Source: Pelomyxa schiedti
Lineage: Eukaryota > Protista > Evosea
DNA: 64,000 bases
NCBI GenBank assembly: GCA_020536535.1
Contig: JAHLWZ010000664.1
Coordinates: 7,801-71,800 of the forward strand
Direction of reading: 5' to 3'
Position numbers and translations under genes: made by a program
Shown: in pieces, positions 39,532 to 50,809 of the stretch
How the letters are laid out: each line of letters starts with the position of its first letter
Position numbering within the stretch: the stretch's first letter is position 1
Notes under the pieces: model-generated
Told to the model about the DNA's origin: nothing
What the model saw: the letters and a program-made list of their open reading frames with translations, nothing else
Database searches by the model: none

Positions 39532-41136
39532 TCACCACAAAGAGTGGTACATAGGATCCACAGAAGTAAGAGTGACTTCACCCAGAGTTGGTCTCTTGTC
39601 TGCAACAGGAATTTTGCCTCTTCTTTTCATGTGCTCGAATCTTTCCGCCATCAAATCAAAGGTTTGCTGTGATTCTGTTAGTAAATAGTCAAGCGGAGTC
39701 AAAAAGTACATTCTGTTGTGACCGCATGTTATCCACAGATTGCCGTTTGGTTTTCACTTGATAGGGAATTCTGTGTGAGGTTGTTACACCAATTTTATTC
39801 TATGACTATAGTTTACATTGGTACTTGTTGCTGCTTCTTTGCTTCTGCTAAAGCTTTTTTGGTTTTTCGGACCCTATTGTCATGACTCTTTTTCACCTTG
39901 TCAATGGTCTTGGCCAGTTCGGGGATACTACGCTTAATTAGAACCATGGCGTTAAGCTAGGAAGCAAATACTTATTCCAGTCTTCGCGTGTCTTAGTTTT
40001 CCGTATGCCTGAGTCCCATGCCTTTTAACAAGGAGTCAACATAACATGAAAAGATGCGTTCATAGAGTACCGAGGCGTGCAGCTTTTGGTTTTTGGCTCT
40101 TTTTGTCAGCGCTTTGAGCTGAGATAATCTTCTGTTTACATCTCTCAAACGTTTAGTCTCCACTTGTACAGCACGACTGTCTGGTTGATAAGAATCGGCT
40201 GTTGTTGGGAGATCCAGAGCCTTAACAGCTTGTTTTCCTAGAGATTTGCCTCTATCCTTTTGTTTTTTTCCAAAAAAGTTAGGAAGCGTTAATTTATGGT
40301 TGTGTCTACTTCAAATAGGAGGACAAACTGGCTTTTTGTTCAAGTGTGTAATAGTTGGATGCACCCATTCGTCAGGTTTTGGGCCTTCTGGTTTCTGGTG
40401 CTCGTGAGCTTTTTTTTTTTTTTTTTTTGAGTTTGTAAGAAAATGGATACACAACTGTTCTACTTACCACTCGTAAAAACACAAGTTAATCGCCTTCTCT
40501 TTGGTTCAGTAGGAGATAAATACTGCTTAGACCGCTGTCTTTTTTTCCCAAGCTGTTCTTCTTGCAATAGCTCTTTGCCCACCCTAACTCTGGTTCTTCG
40601 GCTGGAAACCTTCACAGGCTTATTTTTCTCCTTTGTCTTCTCAGTTGGGCTACTAATAGTGTCTGTCACGACAGGTCGTCTTCTCCACAATTCCGTTTTT
40701 GACACTGGCAATAAAGAATATTATAAACTTATTACAATNNNNNNNNNNNNNNNNNNNNNNNNNNNNNNNNNNNNNNNNNNNNNNNNNNNNNNNNNNNNNN
40801 NNNNNNNNNNNNNNNNNNNNNNNNNNNNNNNNNNNNNNGTGTGTGCATTTCAGTAGTAGAAACATAATCACAAAACAAAAAAAAAGAAACATAGCATTAG
40901 TGGTTGGTTGGACACCCATAATTAGGGAATAGGGAGTGCGCACTGGGTGATTTGGTCCTGTCTATTACGAAGCGGGCGCGCCAGGCCTTTTCCCGGGCGC
41001 GATCGGCGACGTCCCTGGCGGCCTCGGCGTCCTCGGCGGGCGTGGTGGCCGTGACGGACATGCCGCGCCACGCTCGCTTGTTCTTCTTGGTCTTGTGCTT
41101 GCGCTTGATCCGCCGCGTCTGCTTCCGTCCTCCCAT
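39532..41136 (-). CDS. NOP53/GLTSCR2-like ribosome biogenesis protein (spans an N gap)
   Basis: N-terminus KKNKRAWR..FVID; basic low-complexity middle; C-terminus DLMAERFEHMKRRGKI, resembling the NOP53 end. Confidence 0.55.
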
Positions 41137-41381
41137 TTCGAAATGATGTCTTGTTCTTGGTTGTCTAACTCACCCACCCACCACGTGCCCCCACTCGGTA
41201 TCGTACGACGCACGGAAACAAACGACGCGGGCCAATAAAGTAGCGATATGCAACTGAATCACCGAATCTGGACCTATGAAGCTCACACTCCTCCTGAAGC
41301 TGGATTGAAGCTCCACACTGTGCCTAAGCTGAGAAGTTAATTTCACGAAGCAGCTCCCTCTTCATTTCAATCAAATTCGAA

Positions 41382-42638
41382 ATGAATCGTTGGACCCCGC
41401 CCGAATGGCGTGTTACGCAGGCGAGGTATTCACGCGACCAGTTTGTTGCCTTGCTTGGCCGTCCCCGTGAATCGCCGCCCACAGTGCAGAACCAGCGTTG
41501 GGAGCCTGTGCACATCGTGGCCCGGCTGGTGTGGGACTACTGCCGCGAGGCCGCGAGGTTCTTCTGTGTGCCTGTGGCGTACACGCACGACGGCGGGCTG
41601 GCCACCTTCGCCGTGCTTCCTCTGCTGGGGTCGCTGCGCGGCGACGTGGCGTGGCACAGCAAGCAGGCCCAGCTTCGCGACTTGGTGGTTGTGAACCACC
41701 GAGGCAACGCGCTGGAGGTGTGGAGGTGGGCGTACCCGGCGCCGTACTACATCAAGGGGATAGTGGGCGGGGAGGAGATACTCCTGGCTGACAGGCGCAA
41801 TATGCCTCACAGGGCCACGTGCTGCACTAATGGGATGTGGTTTGTGTGCCTCAACTCGACGTTTTCTCAGCCTGATTCGCAGGACTACCTCTCGTCTGTT
41901 TTGGTGGCAGACCTGTGTCTGCGTCTGAAAGGGAATGAGGCACTGAAAGATAGGAACCTGGCGTGTAAGGAGGTTGGTGTGCCGAGGGAGGTTCACGGAC
42001 AGTTGGAGCACGCTGAGTTCTTTTTCAATCGCGCCGTCCCGGATCAGGGATTTGTGTGCTCTATTCAGAGTGCATATACCTTCATTGAGTTGACAGTAGT
42101 TTCACTTGCACAAATGTGGGCAACAAGGAAATTCACGGCACTTAGTGAGACCACATTCTGCTCCGATATTTTCCAGATAAAAGATGCTCTGTTGCTCTGC
42201 AACAAAGGAGGTTATCGCAGTTTCATCATCAGCGCCTCCACAATGCCACAGGGGACGCTTTCTGTATACCAAGTGAACGAGGGAAAGAGCCGGTCACTGA
42301 GAACAGTGCCAAGTGGAATCACCAAAATCGCCCGGGTCTCACAGCTGAGTGAGTGCCTGTTTTGCATTTCGTCTGAACCAAGATATGCTCCGCCGTTTGG
42401 TGTGGAACTTGAAATATGGGACGTCGACAACACCTCCTCGGCGGCACAACGGCAGGTAATCAGGTGCCATGACAACTGCTACGAAGTGATTGGCGAAGGT
42501 GGGATGGTGCTCAGCCTGATTCGCGAGGGGAACCAGTGTCACCTGCAGGTGATGGACTCATCCACAGGTGCCACCATCCTCACATTTCCATGCCAAATTG
42601 ATCACAGCATTGGGAACTCCGTCTCCTTTCTTTCATAA
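41382..42638 (+). CDS. Intronless hypothetical protein, RDQF family member 4
   Basis: YSRDQFVALL..VARLVWDY; TNGMWFV; VSQLSECLFCI; EIWD; VMDSSTGATIL. Confidence 0.85.
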   Translation: MNRWTPPEWRVTQARYSRDQFVALLGRPRESPPTVQNQRWEPVHIVARLVWDYCREAARFFCVPVAYTHDGGLATFAVLPLLGSLRGDVAWHSKQAQLRDLVVVNHRGNALEVWRWAYPAPYYIKGIVGGEEILLADRRNMPHRATCCTNGMWFVCLNSTFSQPDSQDYLSSVLVADLCLRLKGNEALKDRNLACKEVGVPREVHGQLEHAEFFFNRAVPDQGFVCSIQSAYTFIELTVVSLAQMWATRKFTALSETTFCSDIFQIKDALLLCNKGGYRSFIISASTMPQGTLSVYQVNEGKSRSLRTVPSGITKIARVSQLSECLFCISSEPRYAPPFGVELEIWDVDNTSSAAQRQVIRCHDNCYEVIGEGGMVLSLIREGNQCHLQVMDSSTGATILTFPCQIDHSIGNSVSFLS

Positions 42639-42747
42639 CTGAGCCACATCCAACAGAATTTGTGATTGAAGGTACTTCGTGTCGTGAAAGGCTGTGTGAT
42701 CTGGAAAATTACTTTCGTGAGAGAGTGATCGAGGAGCAGGGGGGAGG

Positions 42748-44129
42748 ATGTCGCGGCACGCCAAGAACAACACGGCGAGCGCGGTGTTCACGCACTACGA
42801 GAAGAGCCGGCTGCAGTACGGCACGCGCAAGGCGGTGCTCGCGAGGGAGTCGATCAAGGGCTGGGACCAGTGCACGCTGTGCCTCAGCGACGCCGTGCAC
42901 CCAATGTGCTGGTACGCCACATTTACCCCAGTGCCCGAGTAATCAATATTTTGTTATGGGATGGATGGGTGGGCTGTCTCTGTTTTGTGCTGGGTTTTCC
43001 CTCTTCTATTTTTTTCCCCAAATAACAGTATGTAGCCCTGAAGGACATTTGTTCTGCCAGGAATGCATATTGGAATATTTACTAAAACAGAAGAAAGACC
43101 TTGCAAAAGCCAGCAAAATTTGGGAAGAACAACAAAGGCAAAAAGCTGTGTGTCATACTTCGCTTTTTTTTATTTTATTTTATTCTTTTTTTTGTGATAG
43201 AACTAATTTCACAACAGGAAGAAGAGGAAAGGAAAAAGGAAGAAGCACACCGTAAAACAGTTGAGGAATTTGACAAAAGAGAGGCAGGGCTCCTTGTAAC
43301 TCCATCTGCCTCATCTACCACATCGACTTCTACATCGACTTCAACTTCAAGTAGTACAACCACCACTTCGGCATCACCTGACACACCAAAACCAAACCCG
43401 GTTGCGCCAAATGATAGGTTGACCTGCTTCTGGGTGGTAAGATTAGCTTATATACCCCTTTGAAGATCTCATATTACTTTTTCAGCCTCAGGCAGCACCA
43501 ACAGCGGGGCCAGCACAAGCTGCAAAACCCCCAGCTGCACCAGATTGTCCTGCTGCAAAACACCCTTTGAGGTTTGTAAACAACCAAAACCCATTTGATG
43601 AAATAACATCGACTCAGACTGAAACAACTTATCTCAATTGTATTTGACGAAAAAGAGGACACTGCTGCGAAATCACCAACCCATACATCGAAACCTGAGA
43701 AACGGTGCCCAGTGTGCCTCAAAACCCTCAACAACGCGTCCCAATCTGCTGTATTGCGATCATGCGGTCACGCCTACTGTCACTCATGCTTAACCAAGCT
43801 TGTCAGTACTGACGAAGCAACATCAACATCAACTAGCACTACTTCTTCAACTACTACACCCACCAGTACCACTCCAACCAAAACACGGTCTGAGAAGATG
43901 ATTGGATCCAAAGGTGGAAGGTGCTTTGTGTGCTCTGCCCCATTCAAAGACAGCCACGTCATTAAACTACAGGTAGACTTTTTAATTAAAGCGCCGCGCA
44001 ACAATTCACTGTCCCTCGCACAACAAACCAATACTTACCATCGTCACATTACAGACCGGAGGAACAGGATTCTCTGGCCATGGTGACAAATTACTTGCTG
44101 AAAAATACACTCCCGCTGCGCGTGTGTGA
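42748..44129 (+). CDS. NOSIP: Nitric oxide synthase-interacting protein (RING/U-box E3)
   Basis: MSRHAKNNTASAVFTHYEK, YGT, CTLCL, GHLFCQECILEYLL, CFWV, CPVCLKTL, CGH, GGTGFSGHG. Confidence 0.93.
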
Positions 44130-44435
44130 TGTGCTGTCGCAAAGCCAGTTCAAAAGCAATTAACCACTCTCTCAAGGGGAAAAAAGGAATCACAATAGGA
44201 AACTAATAAAACAGTGGTTTTTTTATGTTTTTTTTTTGAAAGTACATGCAACTGGTGACTTAGGCATTTGAGTAGCTTCCCCAGGAAGAACTTGTGCTGG
44301 AAGCAGAATTTCTATCGCCAGGCTGTACAGAAAAGTGACCTGTGGGAAGTTGTGGTAAGCAAACGGGCACGATATGCACACAATCCGGATATATATATTA
44401 TTAAGGTAAAACCCCTTACTGCTTTTAACCATACT

Positions 44436-45957
44436 TTAATTCAAACCTGCTGCTAGAAGGGGCTGATTTACAGACACCGTTGGTTGCGGTGTTATCTTCT
44501 TGGAGTAAAGGTCCCCTCCAAATGCCTTCAGCTTGGACAAAACTGATGGGTACCTAACACTGAAGTAGGCCCGGAAATGGCATTTGTATGCTATGTATAT
44601 CACACTATCGATGGTACTGGAGGAAAAAGTGTTTAGAGAATCTGGATTGCGTGAGCACATACCCCCACAGAGGAAGAAGCACGGCTTGCATATACTCAGT
44701 TATCTTGTTGGGATCGTCAACGCTTCAGTGATTCAGGTTAAGTGAAGTGCGGTATGAGGCACTACCTCTCATATATGCGGTTTACAGTGCAAGGTACCCA
44801 GATCACAAACATTGTGAGAGGATAAAGAAATTGGGTTGGTTTCAACACTCTTTGTCCAGTAATATTTCGTGCCTACGTGACAAATTATAATTGTATTCAG
44901 CCTCTGGTTTTTGGTACCATTGGCAGAAGAGGATGGATTGAAAAAAGAACGAAATAGAATATTGACACACTACTTATCAAGATCCAGAGAGGTATGTAAA
45001 ATAGAACCTTTTCGTGTAAGAAGTAAATAGATCGAGGCACCATACGAATCGAGCCATAAGCGGATCAGTAGAGATCCAGCATGTTCCAATTATTCCCTTT
45101 GCGTACTCGATTCCAAGAGCGCCTGTGAGAGGTACAATTGCTGTAACAATGGCCGTCAACCTACTCCAGATGAGGAAGTTCATGATGGAAGCAAAACGAG
45201 GATACGATATTAACAACGCGGCAATGTAGTGCCACTTGGATGTTGTGAACCCTGATCCTGTTGATGGAGAGGTGGGTTCTATTGTGTCTTTGAGATACCA
45301 GCGATACAAGGTGAACCTGAGAATTTTGTAAGATGCTTTATAATACCTCTTATTTTTTAAATTCAAAGAAGTTAACTAAAAGTAATTACAGGTTGACTGC
45401 TATGAATAACAAAAAGAGGTTCCCGGCAAGGTCAGCGATCTGTGCAAAAAACCCTTTCGCAGTAATTGGTAATTATTTCAGAAATAATTGTAATATGTGG
45501 TGTGTACCTGCAACTTGGCAAGCACCACTCGCTGGTATCTGCGCTATCAGCTGTGCAATTTAGGAAAATGCCGTAAGAGAAGAAAGAATATGTGGGTGTA
45601 GTAAAACATGGCAGAGTCTACCGTTGACAAAGCCTGAAGACAGTCACTCATACTAAGGCATAATACTCCAAAAAGAGGTGGCGACCTGAATTCCTTCAAA
45701 CACATGAGCAAGTAAGTGGAGGGGGAAAAAAAAAAACCAGTAAGGATAAAGGGAGGGCGACGGGGGTGTTCCCATAATGCGGGAACAGACACCAAACAAC
45801 AAGTACATACGCGGGAGTAGACGAGGGACGAGAACACGAGGGAGCACATGCACACAGACAACACCGACTCGGGTATCGTGGCCCACGATATGTGCGACAA
45901 CTCCATGCCCCCATTCAATGATGATGATGACAATGACGACCACGTGGACGACGACAT
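44436..45957 (-). CDS. Seven-TM GPCR, cAMP-receptor-like (cAR/Crl) family
   Basis: LSMSDCL, CQVA, FIAVNLY, CWIS, YPLTMFVIWVPCTVNRIYE, IDSVIY; hydrophobic exons. Confidence 0.75.
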
Positions 45958-46095
45958 CCCTCTCCCTCTCCTCTGCCTGCCTGTGCTCTGTGTTGTCGAC
46001 ACACCGCCACACAAACGAAACGATTTGCCGGCAACGAGAGGTTTTTTTTTTGTTTGGTTGGTGCAGCCAACCACCAACAAGAACACCAAAAGAAT

Positions 46096-46177
46096 TGTGT
46101 TGGGTGGGGTTTGAACCCACGCCTCCGAAGAGATTAGAGCCTAAATCTAACGCCTTGGACCACTCGGCCACCAACAC
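46096..46177 (-). tRNA. tRNA-Leu(UAG)
   Basis: Minus strand GTGTTGGTGGCCGAGTGGTCCAAGG, anticodon arm TTAGA-TTTAGGC-TCTAA, variable arm, GGTTCAAACCC. Confidence 0.93.
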
Positions 46178-46278
46178 TTCGAAACAAAAGTACTCTCTGT
46201 GCTGTGTATCACGCATCCCTGCGGAAAGCGGTTTTTCCGTATCAACGAAAGCTTTCTAACTTTTCGACAAGTTGCGAG

Positions 46279-49200
46279 ATGGGAGACGACGTGGACGGTT
46301 GGGATTGCGATGGTACTCACAACCACCACGAGCAGCGTTCTAGTCACCATCGCCACCACCACCCTAGCCGTAACAGCGATGGCGACGATGACAGCTACAA
46401 CAACACCGGACACGTCAACGAAGACAGCAGCAGCAGCACGGCAACCACCACCGCCGCCGCGTCAGCCCCGGCGGTTACGCCACCACGCCGTCGTGGGGGG
46501 GCTCGTCGGTCAAGTAAAGGTAGAAGTAGTAGTAGTGGCGGTGGCACCACAACAACAACAACCACTACTACTGGCAGCAGTGGTGGTGGATCGTCATCAT
46601 CATCGACTGTGTATACTAGTGGCGGTGGCGGGGGTGCATCGTCCACAGGGAGTGTTGGCCATGCTGGTGGTTGTGGTGGTTGTGATATCGGTGTGGGTGG
46701 AGGAAGTGAGAGCGGTGTGTACTTGGTCCTCCTCCCCCCTCCCTCTTTTGGTAGGTTTTTTTTTTTTTACAATCTAATTTAACGTGCTCGGTTGTGTATA
46801 GGGGCTGGGGGATGTCAGAGTGAAGAACAGGTTCTGAGCAGTGTTGGTGACATTGAGGAATTATTGCTCAGTGAAAACTCCTCTGATGATTGCAGTGGAG
46901 ATTTGGAGGAAAGTGCCACCGCTTCGACGGAAGCAGAAAGAGATTGCCAACTTGATTACAACAACAAGGAGGAAGAGGGAAGGACACTGGGATCACAGGA
47001 AGAGGAGGACTATGGCACATTTGCATTGTATGCGAGCACCAATAGCAGTTGTTCAACTCCCAGTGTATCGGGTAGCTCCGAGGTCACTAGTGACAGCAGT
47101 CCTTTGCTCAAAAGCAGCACAAATGTGTTTGCGGAAGACTTTTCCCTACTGACTGGTCAATCAGGTTACTTTCATGCAGCTCGTTCACGTTCATTGCATT
47201 CATACATAAATAAAGATAAAGAGAGAAAACGACCTATACTCGGCTTGATTTGCAAACCACTTACGTATGAATACCAGTTACTACAAGAGACGTAATTGAA
47301 ACAGGATGGAAGCTATCGAAAAGGTGCACGAACTCTTTATAAAATTCTTCAGTGATACGTCAACAACGTCTATTGTACTGGGGCTACTGCAACTGCGATG
47401 GTTTTATAAAACTGAGCCAAATCACATTTGCCAACCTGCTATTACAGACACTGTAAGATTTTTAATGTCCTTCCCCCAAATCGAGGGTTCTCATGAAAAG
47501 GGATTCATATCGGAAATTATAAGAGGTCTCAAGTATTCCAGTGGGTCCTATGGCTGGTCTTTAATTTATGGATTTATGGGTGACGCTAAACTGACCAACC
47601 TGTCTACAATTAGTAAAATTATTTCTGCTATTCCTCAGTAGGTTATGTCTGCTTCACTACAAAAAACTAACTCGGTGCAGAGGAAAAGAAGCCACCCTGA
47701 CTGCATTGACAACTCATACTGGCTTGACCAAATCAGTATCATTCCTTTTCCTACCACTTACCCTTCTCTAAGTATTCTCCAGAGTCTTGTACACTGTCAG
47801 TGGGAATCGGGGTACTTTAATCCAGGCCATTATATTGCTGTGGACGATGCAAGGGAAGTCATCGTTGTTTCCATGAGGGGAACGTTTCATACAAGAGATG
47901 CCCTTACGGACCTTGTTGCCACCACGGCGCCGTTTTTTGTATGACCCTGCCAACCCACTCACATGCGTTGACAGCTCACATCTTTTACTTGCAGTTCCAG
48001 GGAGTTCTTGGTAAGTGAATCTTATGATGACNNNNNNNNNNNNNNNNNNNNNNNNNNNNNNNNNNNNNNNNNNNNNNNNNNNNNNNNNNNNNNNNNNNNN
48101 NNNNNNNNNNNNNNNNNNNNNNNNNNNNNNNCCTTGTTGCCACCACGGCGCCGTTTTTTGTATGACCCTGCCAACCCACTCACATGCGTTGACAGCTCAC
48201 ATCTTTTACTTGCAGTTCCAGGGAGTTCTTGGTAAGTGAATCTTATGATGACGTTATGAGTCAGGTTCATTTCTAGGGTTATCCCACTCCGGAATTCTTA
48301 AGGCAACATTGAATAAATTTGCAACAATTGACCCAGTGTTGACTTCCGTAGTTAATGTGAGTATCAGTCCAAATACTTTTAATATGCCCGGAGTAAACAT
48401 ATTTCATATTTACGCAGGCACACCCGACCTACCCAGTGCTTATTGTTGGGCACAGCTTAGGGGGAGGGGTTGCTCAATTATTTACACTCCTTACTCTTTC
48501 AAGTACGCTGTACACAAAAATGATGGTGTTCTCTGAACCTTTTTTTGCAGGTCACCCCGATTGGAAGATAAAATGCTTTTCTTTTGGTGGAGCTAATGTG
48601 TTGTCACAAAATTTGGCCAATTTACCTGAAATAAGGAAGGTTAGAAAACTGGTTGATGGTATGCACCTTAAAAGATATTAGGTTATATTCTCCATTATTT
48701 ATGGCAGTGATGTTGTACCGAGATTGAGTTACGGTACTGCGGCAACAAACACTTTCCTCTTCTGACCTGGTGTTGCAGGTTCATTGAAGGCCCTTAAAAA
48801 CACAATTCAAGATATTCACAAGCAACACTCACCGGGAATTAACACATTGCTGAAAAAGCGGCCCGCCATTCACACGCTGCTGTACTCCGGAATCGAGAAA
48901 TACCCAGATGATACCCTCATACCCGGCGGCAGAGTTTTCTACCTCCACCGCTGCGATGACCAAAGTGTATGGAAAAACACCAAACCGGACAACACCCAAA
49001 TTGAACCGGCACTATCCCCACCACCACCATCAACTCCCACAACATCCGGCACCTTAAGCTCAGAAACTGCAACTTCATTATCATCCTCCTCAGCCTCCCT
49101 GTCATCCCTGTCATCATCAATAAGCACCACCAATGCAACAGCCGGCACTACATCCCTGTCATCATCAACACCATCAATAACAGCACCAACAACCAGAAGC

Positions 49201-49425
49201 TTACTGAGGTCATCAAGTGGGTTCATCAGCACAAAAGAAAAACCGGTGCACACAGCAACAGCAACAGGCAACAACAACAAAGTGAGCAAGAGCTACCACT
49301 TTGAGGAGGTGGAACCAGAACAGTTCTCAGTTGTTCTAGTGACTGAGTCCATGTTCACCGACCACATGCCCAGTGTCTACGAGAACAAGTTCGAGGCCCT
49401 GCTCTCCTCCCTCAACTCAACATGA
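46279..49425 (+). CDS. Class 3 lipase, DAG-lipase-like, with long low-complexity N-terminus (spans an N gap)
   Basis: VVSMRGTFHTRDALTDL, HSGIL, VGHSLGGG (GxSxG), DVVPRLS, DHMP. Confidence 0.88.
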
Positions 49426-49475
49426 TAATTTATTTTGAGTGAAAATTATTTTCGTCGAACGACGTTTCGGTTTCG

Positions 49476-50747
49476 ATGGCATTTGTGTCGTTGCGAGCAC
49501 CTGAGAGCACCAAGGCCCGCGACCAATTCGTGGCATTCGCGGTAGGGGCACTCGTTGCGCGGTGCGGTGCAGGCAGCCCAGCGCGGTGGCTTCCGCCCGC
49601 GGTGCTCGTCGACATCGGCGGTATCGTCGCCGCATCGGTGTGCAGAGTCATCACGCTGTTTCCTCTAGTATCATGCGATTCGGCGGACGATGGGGAACAA
49701 GTCGCAACCGTGGCATTGTCTTGTACTCTTGGGGTGGCCCACTCCCCTCCCATAATGACGGTTTACCGACCGCCAGACACTTCCCCGCCGCTTGGGTGGG
49801 CCGGCCGCGACACGCCCATCACGTGGAGTGGATTGTGGGAGGGGGACCCGAAGCCAGCGTGGGGCATCAGCACCATCCCCGGTTGGCGCAGTCGCATCGA
49901 CATCAACCGGGATTGGGTGGTTGCTTTCTATTCTGGGTCCTTGTACATCTGGAGAATCCTCAGGAGCTGTACCCCTTCATCATTAAACTTGGAGGATTCA
50001 GAACAATCACCAGGTTTTCGCACTGTATTGCAGGCTGTGAAATTCCCAGCCTTTCAAGGCTGCTATGCTCCTCTGACTATGCAGTTTGCACCCCCACCAC
50101 AAAGAACCACTGCACCAACAGAGAGCTCTGAACGCAACCACAATGGACATTGTGGTGTTGGGAATACTGTTGCTTTCGTACTGAGGAGATCCACCAGGAA
50201 ATGGTCACTGGTCTACATTGACCTGGAAACCACATTCAAACAGGAAAGGCTGTGTGTTGTGGCCAATTTTGACCTTGGGACCCAGTGGCGCTACACCCTG
50301 CTCAAAGGAATTCTGTGGGAATCCACACCAAGCAAGAGAGATGCCTATCTCCTGGCAAAAGACACAAGAACAGACACACACTGGCTGTACTCTGTGAGTG
50401 GTGAGGAATATTTCCAGATTCCAGACTCCAAAGAGGTTGGATGTGTTGGTTGCTGTGATGATGGTGATGACGGGTCACTGCTCTACTGTGTGCCTGTGTC
50501 TGATCCTGGCCGTTGTGATGTGTACAGTGTTTCAAGAAGCTTGTTAGTTCCTCGTTACACATTTTGGGACTGGCCTGGTGATGGTGATGTGAAGATACAG
50601 AGTGGTGGAGGCCTGTTGATGATCCAGACCAGTGACACAACAACAATTGTTGATGCCGTCACTGGTTTTGTTCTTTTCCATGCACCAGGTCAGGGCACAG
50701 GCAGTACAAACATTATCAACACCTTCCATGTCAACAGCACCCTCTGA
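49476..50747 (+). CDS. Intronless hypothetical protein, RDQF family member 5
   Basis: ARDQFVAFAVGALVARCGAGSPARWLPPAVLVDIG; INRDWVV; IVDAVTG. Confidence 0.87.
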   Translation: MAFVSLRAPESTKARDQFVAFAVGALVARCGAGSPARWLPPAVLVDIGGIVAASVCRVITLFPLVSCDSADDGEQVATVALSCTLGVAHSPPIMTVYRPPDTSPPLGWAGRDTPITWSGLWEGDPKPAWGISTIPGWRSRIDINRDWVVAFYSGSLYIWRILRSCTPSSLNLEDSEQSPGFRTVLQAVKFPAFQGCYAPLTMQFAPPPQRTTAPTESSERNHNGHCGVGNTVAFVLRRSTRKWSLVYIDLETTFKQERLCVVANFDLGTQWRYTLLKGILWESTPSKRDAYLLAKDTRTDTHWLYSVSGEEYFQIPDSKEVGCVGCCDDGDDGSLLYCVPVSDPGRCDVYSVSRSLLVPRYTFWDWPGDGDVKIQSGGGLLMIQTSDTTTIVDAVTGFVLFHAPGQGTGSTNIINTFHVNSTL

Positions 50748-50809
50748 ATTTCAATCATTTAAAATTTCCAGAAGAAAGAACACTTTTTGCTTTCCATTCG
50801 CGGAAGCAG

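Noticed and set aside
35948-46177. tRNAs with TAA and TAG anticodons as possible stop suppressors or a sign of code change
   Set aside because: These anticodons read the Leu codons TTA and CTA. Genes here end normally in TAA, TAG and TGA.
47910-48252. Duplicated lipase segment around an N gap
   Set aside because: Same gap-overlap artefact, not an exon duplication.
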